A stretch of DNA of 64,000 bases, from assembly GCA_004431415.1 (NCBI GenBank), contig QPMI01000210.1:85173-149172 (forward strand), written 5' to 3'. The position numbers were made by a program, and so were the translations under genes. The notes beneath the pieces were generated by a model. That model was not told the origin of the DNA, searched no databases, and saw nothing but the letters and a program-made list of their open reading frames with translations. Every line of letters begins with the position of its first letter. Within the stretch, counting starts at the first letter, position 1. This stretch comes from Cyanophora paradoxa CCMP329. Taxonomy: Eukaryota; Plantae; Glaucophyta. Below are positions 43,849-57,702 of this stretch, one piece after another.

Positions 43849-46800
43849 CTAGGCGGAGGGGGCGTCGGCCTCGTCGACGCCGTACGTGGCGCGGAGGGCG
43901 GCGGCCTCCTCCTCGGCGCCCGTCCCCTGCAGCACGTTCGCCAGCCAGCTCGCCGTCTCCTTCGTGTCCGCGTCTGCGCCCCACCGGTCGGCGACGGCGC
44001 GAAGCGAAGCAAAGCAAGGTCGAGGCGGGGCGGGGCGGGGCGGGGCGGACGGTGGGGCCCGAGGTGGCGCTCGCGGATGGCGAGGCAGCGGCGGAGCATC
44101 TCGGTGGCGACCTCGCCCTGCCCCCGCCCCGCGTGCTCCGGCCCCATGTCGGCCTCCTCCACCGTCAGGTAGAGCGCCGCGAGGCTGTGGAGCGTCACGG
44201 CGACCTCGGCGGCCTCCGGCCCGTGGGCGGCCTCGAGGGCGCGCAGGGAGCGGCGGTAGTAGGGGATGGCGAGGGCCGGCTCGTCGCGGGCGTCGTGGAG
44301 GAGGCCGAGGCTCGCGCACACGAGGCCCACCGCGGGGCTCTCCTCGCCGTGCGCCCGCGCGAGGATCTCGAGGGCGCGCTCGTAGATCGGCACCGCCCGC
44401 TCCGCCTGGCCCCGCGCCTCCAGGTTCCGCGCTGCCCGCCCCGCTCAGCTGCCCCCGCCAAGGCCGGGCGGGGCGGCCGCACCGAAGTTGGCGGCGATGT
44501 TCCCCACGATCGGGTTCACCGGCTCCTCCTCGGGGGCGGCCCGGGGCGGCGAGGCCCCCGCCTCGCCCTCCTCCCCGCTGCGCGCCGAGGCCCCCGACGC
44601 GGCGGAGCGCCCCGAGGCGCCCCCGCGCCCCGCGCGCTCATCGCCACCACCGCCGCCACCACGCTGCGCCCCTCCGTCGGCCCGCGCCCGGCTGCCCGGC
44701 ACGGCGCGGGGCGGGACCTCCTGGCGCGGGAGCGGTGGGACTTGGCCCGGTGCGACTTGGCCCGCGCTGTCCGCGGCGTCTGCAGCCGCCCCGCGCCCCC
44801 CGCCTCAGCGCCGGCGAGGGGGGAGCGGGGCGGGCGGGGCGGGGGCGGGGAGCGGGCCTTGGAGTCGCCGCCCTCGGGGGCGCCCCCGCCGTAGACCTCC
44901 TCGGCGATGTCGAGCCTGGCGGGGCGTGAGGGAGGGGGCGGAGGGCTCGGGGCGGGGGCGCACGCTTCCTCGTAGAAGGCCGTGGCGGCCTCGAGCTGCC
45001 CCAGCTTCGTCATCACCTCCGCCTGCGCGCCCGTCGATCGGCCCGGGCCGGGGGCGCGGGGGGTCGGGCGCCCGGCGGGGGGCGGGGCGCACGACGTTGT
45101 TGAGGGCCGTCGCGACGGTCGCTGCGGGGGCGTCAGAGGGCGGAGGGGGGCGGGGGGAGGGGGGAGGGGGCGGGCGCGCCGTGGCGGTCGCCGTAGGCGG
45201 CGCGGCGGATGGCGAGGGAGCGCTGCAGCATCGGCAGCGCCGCCTGCGCCCCGGGGCGGGGCTCGGGCGAGGGCGAGGGAGAGGGGGGGAGGGGGCGGGG
45301 GCACCTGGAGGTCTCCCTGCTCCTCGAGGAGGGCGGCGAGGTTGTTGAGGGCGGTCGAGACGGCGTGGTGCTGCGGCCCGTACGCCCCCTCCCGGATCCG
45401 CAGCGAGCGCTCGAACATCCCCACCGCCTCCCCCTTCTTCCCCTGCTTGCGCAGCAGCTCGCCGAGGTTGTTGAGGAGGACGGCGACGGAGACGTGGTCG
45501 GGCCCGTTGGCCGCCTCCCGGATGGCCAGCGCCCGCGTGAGGAGCTCCTGCGCGCGCCCCGCGTCGCCGAGCTTCTCGTAGGCGAGCGCCTGGTTGTTCA
45601 GCGCGGCCGCGATCTGCGGGTGGCTCGAGCCGTACGCCAGCCTGCCCCCGCAGCTCAGCCTCGAGCCGCATGGGAGGGCGCGGGGGGCGGACTCGTAGAT
45701 GCGGAGGACGCGGGCGTGGAGGTCGAGGGCCTCGGCGTGGTCGCCCGTGTCGGAGTAGACGGCGGCGAGGGCGGCGCAGGCGGCGGCCACCCCGGGGTGG
45801 TTCTCCCCGAACTCCCGCGTCGCCAGCAGCAGCGCCCGCTCCAGCAGCGTCACCGCCTCCTCGAAGCTCTGCACGTTCCGGTACAGGTCCCTGCCCCCGC
45901 CCCCGCCGTCACCCCGGCCCCTCGAACGAAGGCGCCGAAAGCGAGTGCCGCTTTGCTCGAGCTAGACAGGGAGGGCGGCTCGGCGCCTCCTCTCCGGCCG
46001 GCCGGCCGGGCGGGCGGGGGGCGCACCCGAGGTTGATCATCGTGGCGAGCGCGTCGGCGCCGAGGCGGACGCCGGCGGCGGCCCCCGCGGTGGTCGCCAG
46101 GCTCGTCTCCGCCGCGCTGCTCTCCCCGTCCGTCGCCCCCGGCCCCGCCAGCGCCGCCGCCTCCGAGCGCCAGTTCCAGTTGGGGTACCCCGCCAGCGCG
46201 GCGTCCATGCGCAGGCACTTCTCGTACAGCGGCAGCGCCTCCTTGTAGTGGCCCAGGTCCTGCGCCAGCCGCCCCCGCCAAGCTCAGCGGGGGGCGAGCG
46301 CCCACAGCTCGCCGGCGTCGAGTCCTCGCGGGGCGAGCTATGCGCCGGGGATCGTGGGCGCTCCGGAGGGGGCGGGGCGGGCCTGCTCGAGGGCGGCGAG
46401 GTTGTGCATGGCGCCGGAGAGGCGCTCCTCCAGCTGCGCCGCGAGCTCCCCCGCCGACTCCGCCTCGCCCTCCAGCGCCAGCGCGCCCTCCTCCTCGTCC
46501 TTCTCCTCCTCGGGCTCGTCGCGCTGGGGCGGGGAGATGGCGATGGCAAAGGGGCTCGCCGCGGGGGCCCCCCGCTTCGCCTTGCTGGACTTGGTGGAGC
46601 GGGAGGAGCGGGCGCGGGACTTGGTGGAGGCGTTGAGGAGGGGCACCAGCCGCGCCATCTCCTCCAGCGTCTCCAGGGAGCGCCGGAAGAAGCCCGTCGC
46701 CTGGGCGAAGGCCCCCAGCGCGCGCAGCAGCACGCCGACGTCCTGGCAGAGCGAGGCGAGCCGCGACTGCGTCGCCAGCCGATCCTGCAGCTTCTCCGCC

Positions 46801-49800
46801 TTGAGCGAGATCGTGAGCGCCGGCACGGAGCCCCCAACCCCGGCGTGCCCGGCCTTGGCGGCGCTGCTGGCGGCGGCGGCGGAGCGCTCGTACTCCCAGT
46901 CGGCGATGGCCTCCTTGTAGAGGTCCGCGATCTGCCCGTCCTTCAGGCCCGTCGCCCGCCAGTAGCCCGCCAGCTCGTGCTTGTTCCGGTACCGCTGCCC
47001 CCGCCTCAGCGCGGGGAGGGGGCGGGGGGGGGGGGGGGGAGGGGGGGGGGCGGGGAGGGGGCGAGTGCGCGCACGTGGAGGAGGTCGAGGTCGGTGAGGG
47101 CCTTGGGGAGGTGCGCCGCCCGCCCCGCCCGCAGCAGGTGGAAGGGCAGCTCGAGCGCCCGCCGGTCCCCCGCCGGCTGGCCCCCGAAGAAGCGCGCGAG
47201 GCGCTCGTGGTGCGGCCGCCGCGCGGCCTCGTCGCGCAGGCCGAAGAAGGCCTCCACGGCCTCCGCCATGGGGCGCTGCGCGAAGTTGAGGACGCCGCCG
47301 CGGTTCCCCAGCGCCGGCAGCACCGCCGCGAACGCCTGCGCCGCCGTCGCCGACCCGAAGGCTGCCGGCGCGGGGCCCTCGGGGCGGCGCACCTCGGACC
47401 AGGCGAGGGCGGAGACGGCGGCCTCGGGCTCGCGGGGCGGCTCGGGCTCGCGCGCCCGTCGCGCTCGGGCGGGGCGGCGTGGGGGCCCCCGGCGGCGGCG
47501 CCGGCGAGGGCCTGGAGCTCGTTCTCCGCGAGGCCGAAGCGCGAGGCGGCGAGGCAGCAGAGCGCCGTGCGCAGCGCGGGGGCCGCCTCGGGGTACTGCC
47601 CGAGCCAGCGGCGGAGGGTGAGGCCGCAGAGCTCCTCGGGGGTCCCGCAGCGGAGGCAGTCCTCGAGCAGGCCCGTCAGCGTCTCGAAGACCGCCGACGC
47701 CTTGAGCTCCTGCCGCCAGGCGGCTCAGACGCGGGGGGGCGAGGCGGCTCGGGCGGGGGGGCGCCTGGAGGACGGCCTTGAGGTAGAGGGGCACGCCGCA
47801 CTGCTCCGAGGCGGCGACGCGGGCCATCTGCGCCGCGTCCAGGCCCTTCCCCACCGTCCGCAGGTCCTTCCGCGCCAGCTCCTGCTTCTCCCGCCCCGCC
47901 ATCGCGCCGAGCTCGAACTCGAGGTGCTCGCGGGCGCGCATGGCGTCGGCGCCCTCGCCGGGCCCCGCGGAGACGAGGATGCGGAGCTGGGCAGAGGCGG
48001 CGGTGGGGAGGTACGCGAGGCGCCGCGCCGCCGTGCGCGCCGAGTCGAGGCGGTCGGGGGCGTCGAGGACGAGCACGAGCCGCGGCCGCCAGCGCGCCAC
48101 CGCCGCCGCCGGCATCATCTGCCGCAGCGCGAGCAGCGGGCCCAGCAGGCCCCGCACCCCGCGCGGCGTCTGCCGCGGCGTGCCCCGCGGCGACTCCGCC
48201 GCCCGCGCCCAGAACCCGAGGCCGGCTTGGAGCCGAGCTTGGCGGCCGCCGCCTGCGCCTCGCCCTGGGCCGCCGTCGGGGCCGCGGCGAGCCACTCGGC
48301 GAAGCGGATCTGCGGGGGGCGGTGAGGGGCGCGGGGGGCGGGGGGCGGGGCGGGGGCCGGGGCGGGGGCGCCATGAGGTCGGTCTCGTCGGAGATGGCCT
48401 CGAGGTCCTTCATGCGGGGCGGGCTCCACGGCGCCAGCGCCTCCCGCACCTCGTCGTGCACCCGCCGCACCAGGCCCCGCACGGACGCCGACCCCTCCGA
48501 GCCCCCCACGAAGTGCGTCACCAGCGCCAGCTGCGAGGCCCCTCGCACCGGCAGCGCCCGCCGCGGGGCGCGGGGAGGAGCGGGCGCACGGTGGGGTCGC
48601 GGGCGCGCGAGGCGGCGAACTCCTGCACCCAGCTCGCCATCACCGCTGCCGCGCGGGTCAGGCGGCAGCGGCGAGGAGACACGGCGGGCCCCGCGCCGGC
48701 GCCCGCACCGCTCTTGCCGTAGCCGGAGGGGGCGGAGAGGAGGAAGAGCTCGGGGCCGGAGCCGGCGGCGTAGGCGTCGAGGGCCTCGTGGGCGGCGGCG
48801 CGGCGCACGTAGACGGTGCGGAGCGCGTGGGCGTGGGCCTCCTGCGCCACGCGCTCCTCCTCCAGCCAGGAGCGCGCGGCCCGGCGCGGGAAGTCCCGCT
48901 CGATGGCGGCGAGGAGGCCGTCGTGGATCGCGTTGGCGAGCTGCGCGGCGCTCGCGTAGGGGGCCTGCAGGGCGGCGGGGCGGGCGGCGCGGATGGTCTC
49001 CTTGAGGCGCGCCATCGCCGCCTCCGCGTGCGCCGACTCCTCCGCCTCCGCCCCGAAGAGCTCCCCGCTCGCGAAGAAGAACTGCGTCATCCCCTCCGGC
49101 TTGTACGTCTGGCGGAGGGAGATGTCAGGGCGGGGCAGCGGCGGGGCTGGAAGGGGGTGCGGGGGCGGACCGGCGCGGACTCGTCGAGGGCAGCGGAGAT
49201 GACTTCCACCTCCGTCACCGACCGGTCCTTGTACCTGGGGCAGGGGGGCACGGCGTCAGGGCCGTGGCGTGCCGCACGCGGCGGGGGCATGGCGCGCTTG
49301 AGAACGAAAGGAAACTCCTTTCCGGCGTTCTCGAAGGACCTGCGGGGGCGGGGCGGGGCGGCGGGTCGGGGCCCGCACGGGGGGGGGGGGGGGGTGCGCG
49401 ACGGGGCGGGGCGGACAGCTCGATGAGGGGTCCGGCGTGCCGGGAGCGGCGTGCCTGCGCCGCGGCGTTAGAAGGGAGGCGGCGGGGGCGCCCCTCGAAG
49501 GCCCTGAAAGAGCCGGCACCATCCGTAGCGGCGCTTCTGCGGTGCGGGGCGGGGCGGGGCGGGGGGTGAGGGGCGGGGCGGGGCGCGGGGCGGGGTGAGG
49601 GGCGGGGCGCGGGGCGCACGAGGAAGGAGACGAAGTACGTGGAGCGCTGCAGCTCGCGCAGGCACGCCAGGATCACCTGAGGGGCGCGTCAGCGGGGGGC
49701 GCCGCGGGGGCCGGCGGGGCGGCGGGGCGGGCGCGCCTGGCCCTGCCGCGACTCCTCCTCCGAGATGCCCCACCTGCGAGCGAAGTTCGGGGGGTACATG

Positions 49801-51057
49801 GGTGGGAGGAGGGGGTACGCGGGCCTGAGGTCGACGAAGACGAGGTGGAGGCCGCGTGCGGCGCAGAGGCGCTGGACGCGGGGGAAGGCGGAGCGGAAGA
49901 TCTCGTTCCGCTCGCCCTCCATGTCCTTGGGGCGCGTCAGCGCTGCGCGAGGGGCGCCGGGGCGCGCGCGCCTTGAACGTCGACGAGAGGAAGACGCGGA
50001 TCGTGCGGTCGTCGATCGCCGGCCCCGGCGCCGGCCCCGCCGCCGACGGCGCGGGGGCCAGCGGCGAGGGCGGCGCCCCGGCCGCGTCGGGCGGCGACGA
50101 GGCGGGGCTCGCGGGGGCCGCCTCCGCCCGCGGCGCCAGCGGCGGCAGCTTCAGGCCCCGGGCGGCGGCGACGCGCGCGGCCCGCCGGCGCCGGCGTCGC
50201 CGCCGTCGGGTCGTCCGGCGCGCCGGCGGGGGGAGGCTGCGGCAAGCTCGATTCGGAAGCGGGGGCTGGGGCCGCGGGCGCCGGAGGGGAGGCGGGGGCG
50301 GGCGGAGAGAGAGGAGGGCCCGGGGCGCGGGCGGAGGCCGGCGGAGAGCGCGCCGTCTGCTGCGCGGGGTCAGGCGGGGGGCCGAGGGGCGCCGCGGGGA
50401 CGAGGCGCGGGGATGCGTACGCCGAGCACGGGCGTGGCGCCCCGCCCTTCTCGATCACGGGGGCGAGCAGCTGCGCGCCGGCGTCGCCGCCGCACTGCGT
50501 CGGGCCGCGGGGCGCGGGGCGCACCAGGCGCGCGGTGTCGCCGCCCTGCGGGCTCGAGCGGTTCGAGGACGGCTCCCGCGCCTGCAGCGGCGGCAGCACG
50601 GGAGCGCCCGGGGCGCCGCCGGCGAAGGCAGCGGGCCCGGCGCCTCCGGCGGCGGCGGCTCTGCGGACGGCGGCTCTGCGGGCGCACTCGGCTCGGGTAC
50701 AGGCGCGCTGCTCTCCTGCTGCTCAGCGCGCGGCGACGGCGTCCGCAGGCCGGCCCCGAGGTCCACGACCGGCTGCCAAGCGGTCAGCGCGTGAAGCGGA
50801 TACCTGCTGCAGGCTCGCGGCGTGCGCACCATGGGACTGGCGCTGAGCATCCGGTCTGCATCTGGCGACGGGGAGGCGAGCAGAAGGCGAGGATCGTCCT
50901 GCAACCCGGAACCTCCAGCGGCTGCTGTACCGACCTCTACAGGCGTCGGCTCTAGCTGCTTGGCGCTCGAAGATGCTGGCTGCGTCAGCACCGCCGCTGC
51001 AGCTTGCTCCTGCGGCTTTGCGGGCGCAGCAGCGGTCTTGCTGGCCCCGCAGCCCAT
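43849..51057 (-). CDS. NPHP3-like STAND NTPase: acylation motif, DUF4062, NACHT-like P-loop, TPR repeats
   Basis: MGCGASK; IRVFLSSTFKDMEGER...VDLRWGI; SAPSGYGKS; LVLVLDAPD; PLYL; TPRs (HPQIAAALNNQALAY, VAVLLNNLGELL). Confidence 0.85.
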
Positions 51058-52071
51058 CGCCGCAGAGGGCGCGGGGACTGCTTGTCAAGCTGACGGACCA
51101 GCTACAAGACCAAGCTAGCGCCAACTTTGCTGGTTTGTCAGCGGTATCCCCCCTTCAGGTTGCCCACCGTTGCCCCGCCCCTGGGTTGCCGGGTCGCCAG
51201 TGACTCCCCGCCGTCAGCGCGCACCGGTGGAGTTAGCGGTCCGCGCGCTCAGCCCCGTGCAAGCGCTGTGAACGCATGCTGTGCGCGACATGTGTCACGC
51301 AGGGGCTCCTCGAACTGCCGTCTCCTCAAACTACAGAAACTGCAGCTGCGCATCTGAAGATTGACCGTTCCGACAATTGCAGGCTCTTCGGCGAGCGGAT
51401 GGATGCCAAACGTTAAGTTCTGGCCGCACGCGCAGCGGGCGAGGCCTAGGGACCCGCCGTTCGAATTCCTCGCACAACTGCTGACTGTCATTTACGGCAG
51501 CGCTGACGCCCTAGCTCGTTGAGCGCTCTCTGGCTGCATGCGCATCTATGCTCCATTTCTTGCTGTATTCATGTTCGATGATCTTCTTCAATGCTTGATC
51601 CCTTCTTATCTCACTGTCGCAGTGCCGGCTGTCGCAGTGCCGAACCTCACTGTGCCTCTCGAAGCCAGCCTGGCAGCTCGAGGTTCCCGGCGGCCGCCCT
51701 CGGCGCCCCGTACGGCGTCGACAATCGCGAGGGGGGCGCCGGCGCCCCGGCCCCTTGGCCATCCGCCCTAGGCCTTCACCCTGGTCATTCAATTTGCAAA
51801 GTTATTCTTCTCCTTTTTTTTCATCCATCTGCATTTCTTTTCGTTTAATTCAGTTTCCCCTTCATATTTCTTTTCCGATTGCAAATCTTCCCAGCAGGCT
51901 GCGGCCAGACTCGATGTAAAACCAGTCTAGGAAGTCGATCGCGATATCGATGTTGTAGGATTCGATAAAGTAGTGCACATGGCTCTAAACGTGTGACAAC
52001 ATGTACAGGGTGTGGCAAAGCGTCTTATGCGGGTGCTCCGGGGCCCGGGCGGGGCGGGGGCGGGGCGGGGC

Positions 52072-54531
52072 CTAGAGGGGGCAGTTGTCGTGCTTCTTCC
52101 AGGGGTTGGCGAGCTTCTTGGAGCGGAGGATCTCGAGGTCCTCGCAGATGCGCTGGCGGGTCTCCGCCGGCTGGATGATGTCGTCGACGTAGCCGAGCTG
52201 GGCGGCGACGAGCGGGTTCGCGAACTTCTGCGTGTACTCCGCCACCCGCTCCTCCAGCTGCGCCGCCTCCCGCCGCCCGAAGATGATCTCCGCCGCCCCC
52301 TTGGCCCCCATCACGGCGATCTCCGCCGTCGGCCACGCGTAGTTCGTGTCCCCCCGCAGGTGCTTCGACGACATCACGCTGCGCCCGCGTCGCACGGGGC
52401 GGCGCGAGGGCGCGGGGCGGGGCGGGGCGGGGCGGACTCGTAGGCGCCGCCGTAGGCCTTGCGGGTGATGACGGTGATCTTGGGGACGGTGGCCTCGGCG
52501 TAGGCGTAGAGCAGCTTCGCGCCGTGCCGGATGATGCCCCCGTGCTCCTGGCCCACCCCTGCGGCGAGCCGTCAGCTCTGCTGGAGGGGGGCGGGGGGGC
52601 GCGGGGCGCACCGGGGAGGAAGCCGGGGACGTCGACGAAGGTGACGAGGGGGATGCTGAAGGCGTCGCAGAAGCGCACGAAGCGCGCCGCCTTCACCGAC
52701 GCGTCCTGCCCGCCCCGCCCTCGAACCCGCAGCGCTCGCCCTCGGGCGGGGGCGGGGGGGGCGGCGGACGATGTCGAGGCAGCCGGCCATCTCGCGGGGC
52801 TGGTTGGCGACGACGCCCACGGTGTGGCCCTCCATGCGCGCCAGCCCGATCACGATGTTCTTCGCGAAGGCCGGCATCACCTCGAAGAACTCCCCCTCGT
52901 CCACCACCCGCTGGATCACCTGCGCCCCCGCCCCCTCGGCCCCCGCCCCGCTTGGCCTTCGGGCGCCGGCCCCGCTACCTCGTGCATGTCGTAGGCGCGG
53001 TTGGGGTCCTGCGGCACGATCGTCTCCAGGGACGGCTCCGCCCGGTACCTGCACCGGCGTGAGCGGCAGCGGGCCAAGGCCGGGGCGGGGCCGGGGCCGG
53101 GGCGGGGCGGGGCGGGCCTGGAGTCGTTGGTGTGGTAGACGGGGGTCGGGGAGACGTTGCTGAGGGGCAGGTAGTCGAAGAACTCGCGCGTCCTGCCCCG
53201 CCCCCTCAGCCCAGCGCCCCCCGGGCGCCCCGCGCGCCCCGCGCGCACCGGATGAGGGCGTCCACGTCCGAGTCGAAGGAGAGGTGCGCGACGCCCGACT
53301 TGAGCGTGTGCGCCTGCCCGCCCCCTCAGCACGGCGCGGCAAGGGGGCGAAGGGGGCGGGGGGGGGGGCGGGCCTTGTGGCCGCCGAGCTCCTCGGAGGT
53401 GACGGACTCGTGGGTGACGGTCTTGACGACCTCGGGCCCCGTGATGAACATGTACGAGGAGCGCACCATGAAGATGAAGTCCGTCAGCGCCGGCGAGTAC
53501 ACCGCCCCGCCTGCCCCGCCGTCAGCCCGGGCGGGGGCTCGAGGGGGCGGGGCGGGGGCGGGGGGCCCGACCGGCGCAGGGCCCCATGATGACGGAGATC
53601 TGGGGGACGACGCCGGAGGCGAGGACGTTGCGCTGGAAGACCTCGGCGTAGCCGGCGAGCGACTGGATGCCCTCCTGGATGCGCGCGCCCCCCGAGTCGT
53701 TCAGCCCGATCACGGGCGCCCCGACCGACATCGCCCGGTCCATCAGCTGCGCCCCGCGTCGGACGGGGCGCGGCTGGGGCGGGGCGGGGCGGGGCGGGCC
53801 TTGCAGATCTTCTTGGCGTGGGCTTCGCCGAGGGAGCCGCCGTAGACGGTGAAGTCCTGGCTGAAGACGTACACCGGCCGCCCGTTGATCGTCCCGTGAC
53901 CCGTCACAACCCCGTCCCCCGCGATCTGCCACTGCCTGTGAGGCGGCGCGGGCCGGCGCTGGCGGGCGTGCGCGGGGGCGGGCGCCTTGTCCTTCTCCAT
54001 GCCGAAGTCGATGCAGCGGTGCTCGACGAGCTGGTCGAACTCGCGGAACGAGCCCGGGTCGAGCAGCACCTCGATCCGCTCCCGCGCCGTTAGCTTCCCC
54101 TTCTCGTGCTGCTTCTCGATCCGCTTCAGGCCGCCCCCGAGCCGCGCCTTCTCTTTCAGCGCCGCGATACGCTTGCCGATCGCCTGCGCGCGTCCGGCGT
54201 GCGCCTCGTGAGCCCCCCGGCCCCGGCGCGGAGCGGCGCTTCCGCCGGCAGACCGTCGGTATGGGCGGGGGCAGCGGGACGGACTGCGAGACGGCCGGAT
54301 TCAACGCGGCAGCAATCGCAGCGGCATTCGGCTTTGTTCTGCGGACGCGTACGCGCCGGGCGCACCCAGTCAGCCGCGCGCGAGGGTCCGATCACTGATG
54401 GCGAAATCGGGCCGGGGCACGCACGCGGCGGACAGGCGCGCGCCGGTCCCGGCAAAGATTGCGCGTGCAGATGAAGGACGAATCACCGACGGGGCACGGC
54501 CGAAGCCGGCGAGGCGTACACAGCTCAACAT
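52072..54531 (-). CDS. PCCB: Propionyl-CoA carboxylase beta subunit, mitochondrial
   Basis: [73 protein letters not shown]. Confidence 0.95.
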
Positions 54532-54781
54532 GTTGTCGTCAGAGGAGTCCGAACGGCGGCTTGGGACCCGACGCGCACGCCGAAGACGCTAAAAGAAGGT
54601 GATGATCCGACGACGGGGCGGGATCCGTCGGCCGCGGGTCGGTCTGCTCAGTCCGCTGATGCGATGTCGGCAGCCCAGAGTTGTGGCGCGGCCGGCCGGA
54701 CGAACGTTGCTCCGCAAACTGTCCTCCTGGCAAATACGCGTGCAAGGGAGCCTGCTACGCGGGTCGGCGTCGGCGCGGGCG

Positions 54782-57643
54782 ATGTCGCAAGCCGGTGAGT
54801 GCCGAGCTTGCTGTACCCGGCCGGGTTGTTCGCGAAAAAAAGAGGGTTCGGCAGCGAGCTCGGTTCACCACGCGATGTCGTCCGGGGGTGTGACGCGCGT
54901 GAGGGCGCTTCTCAACCGCATCCACAGCCAGAACCCGATAGCCGATGCGGTCGCCGATGTCGCTGGTGAGCCGCTCTGCCCGACGGCGGCGCGCGGAGAG
55001 AGCAGGCCGCGGCAGGCGCCTCTTCGGCGCCCCGCGCGCCGCGCACCGCGCCCCGGCGTCGCTCCGCCGCTCGTCCGAACCGATCACTTGCGCAGGCCGC
55101 AGGCCGGCGGTGCCGCGCGGAGTGGAGAGCCGGCCGCGCATGACGGCGGCGCGCAACGTCACCTTCTTCCGCGAGAGCGGCAGGTGCGGCCATGCCCGGC
55201 GCGTCGCGAAGGCTCGCCTCACGCGGCCGGTGGCAGGGACCGCTACTACCAGAGCGGGCGGGAGATCCCGAACTACATGCCGAGCTCCTTCCTCTTCGCC
55301 GGCGTCGGCGTGCTCGCGCTGGGCGCCGGCCGCGCGCGCGCCGAGGAGTGCGTCCCCAGCGCCGCCGCCCGCCCAGCGTCGCGCGCCCGACGGCGGAGCA
55401 GGGAGGAGGAGGTGGTGGACGTAATGGGGGAGGGGGACATGCAGGACGGGGAGATGCGGGAGGTGGTCTGCGGCTCGGGCAAGGTCCTCGTCTACCGCGT
55501 CGACGGCAAGTACTACGCGACCAGCCCCAAGTGGTCAGGCGCCCCGCCCCGCACCTCTCCGCGGCTGAGGGGCGGGCGCGCGGGGCAGCCCGCACTTCGG
55601 GGCGCCGCTGGCGAAGGGCGTGCTCTCGGGGAACCGCGTGGTGTGCCCGTGGCACGCGGCGGCCTTCGACGTGATGAGCGGCGACCTCAAGAACGGCCCC
55701 GCCATCGACGGCCTCGTCTCCTACAAGGTCCCCCCGCGCCGCGCCGGCCGGACCGGCGAACGGTTGCGCTGAGGGGCGAGGGCGGGGGGGCAGGTGCGGG
55801 TGGAGGGCGGGCGGGTGAAGGTGACGGTGCCGAGGACCCTGGGCGACCAGCAGCGGCCCCCCAAGATGGCCGCCCGCGACCCCGCCGACAAGCGCACCTT
55901 TGGCCCGCCCCGCCCCGCCCCGCCCCGGCCCCCGCGCGGCTGAGGGGGCGGGCAGTGGTGGTGGGGGCGGGGGCGGCGGGGGCGATCGCGGCGGAGACGC
56001 TGCGGCAGGAGGGCTTCACCGGCCGCATCGTCGTGGTCACCAACGAGGCGCGCCCCTCCCGCCCCCCTCGCCTCGTCTCCTCACGCGGCGGCAGACGACG
56101 ACGCCGCTGGACCGGACGATCCTCTCGAAGAACATGGGGGCGGACCCGGCGAAGATCGCGCTGCGGCCGGCGAGCTTCTACGAGGCCCACGGCATCGAGC
56201 TGCTGACGAACAAGAGGGTGGACGAGGTGGACGCAGACGCCAAGACCCTCCGCTGCCACGACGGTCCCGCCCCGCCCCATCCTCCCTCGCCCCGCCGACG
56301 CTCACAGCCCCGCAGGCACCGTCCTGAGCTACGACTCGGTGCTGATCGCGGCGGGCGGGAACCCGCGGCGGCTGCCGGTGGAGGGCGCGTGGCTGCGGAA
56401 CGTGCACACGCTGCGGACGGCGGAGGACAGCAAGGACATCGCGGGGGCGGCGAAGGAGGGCACCAAGGTGGTCGTCGTGGGCGCCTCGTTCATCGGGATG
56501 GAGGTCGCGGCGGCGCTCGCCAAGGCGAAGAAGGCGGACGTGACGGTCGTGGGCGTCGAGGCGGCGCCCTTCGAGCGGGTGCTGGGGCCCCGCGTCGGCG
56601 CCGGCGTCCGCAAGCTCTTCGAGGCGAACGGGGTGAAGTTCGCGCTGGGTACGGGCGTGGAGAAGATCGAGGGGAACTCGAGCCAGGTCGTGCGGCGGGT
56701 GCGCCTCGCCGACGGCACGGTCCTCGAGGCCGACCTCGTCGTCCTCGGCGCCGGCATCGAGCCGGCCACCAAGCGGTCCGCCCGCCCCTCCCGCCTCGGC
56801 CGGCCCCGCCCCTCCCTGGACGCCGACCGCGGGGCAGGATCACGCTGAAGGGCATCCCGAAGGACGCCGACGGGGCCATCCCCGTCGACGCCGTCCGCCC
56901 TCTCCCTTCTTTGAGCTCGCCCGCCCCACCAGGGCTGACGCCGGCGGCCTGCGCAGTCGATGCGGGCGGGGAAGGACGTGTTCGCCGCGGGAGACGTCGC
57001 CCGCTTCCCCTACTGGGCCGCCGCCGACGCCCCCGTCGTGCGCCCCCCGCCCCGCGCCCCCGCCCCGCTCTGCGCGCCGCTCACAAGGCGCAGCGGGTGG
57101 AGCACTGGGCGGTGGCGGAGCAGCTGGGGCGCGTCGCGGGGGCCGCCATGGCCGGCAAGCCGGCCGCCTTCCGCGAGGGTCCGCGAGCGCCTGCCGCGCC
57201 CCTCGCCTGCCCCGCCCCCAAGCCCGCCGGCCCCGCAGTGCCCTTCTTCTGGTCGATGTTCTTCATGAAGGGGATCCGGTACGCGGGGCACGCGGCCGGG
57301 GGCTACGACGAGGTGGTGTACGAGGGGAGCCCCGAGGAGCTCAACTTCGTCGCCTACTACCTCAAGGGCGACCGCGTCGCCGTCCGCCCGCCCCTCCCCG
57401 CGCCCCCGCCCGGGCCGAGCAGGGCCGGCGCAGGCGGTGGCCACGGCGGGGCGCGACCCGGTGGCGTCGGGGATGGTGGAGGCGATCCGGCGGGGGAAGA
57501 TGCCGGCGGCGGGGGAGATCCGGGCGGGGCGCGTGACCTCGGAGCAGATCCTCGCCTCCCTCAAGGAGCGCGGCTGCGGCGTCGACGGCTGCTGCCAGCT
57601 CGAGGAGCGCCCCAAGGCCCCCGCACCCGCCCCCGCCCCCTAG
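54782..57643 (+). CDS. Rieske [2Fe-2S] + FAD/NAD oxidoreductase (AIFM3-like)
   Basis: Spliced KCPHFGAPL...CPWH; VVVGAGAAG; VVVGASFIGME; FAAGDVA; VEHW; VPFFWS. Start approximate. Confidence 0.9.
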
Positions 57644-57702
57644 ACTACACAATGTCGTTCCCGCACACGTAATGAATTCAACGAGGCAGCCTGCTCCTGG
57701 AG

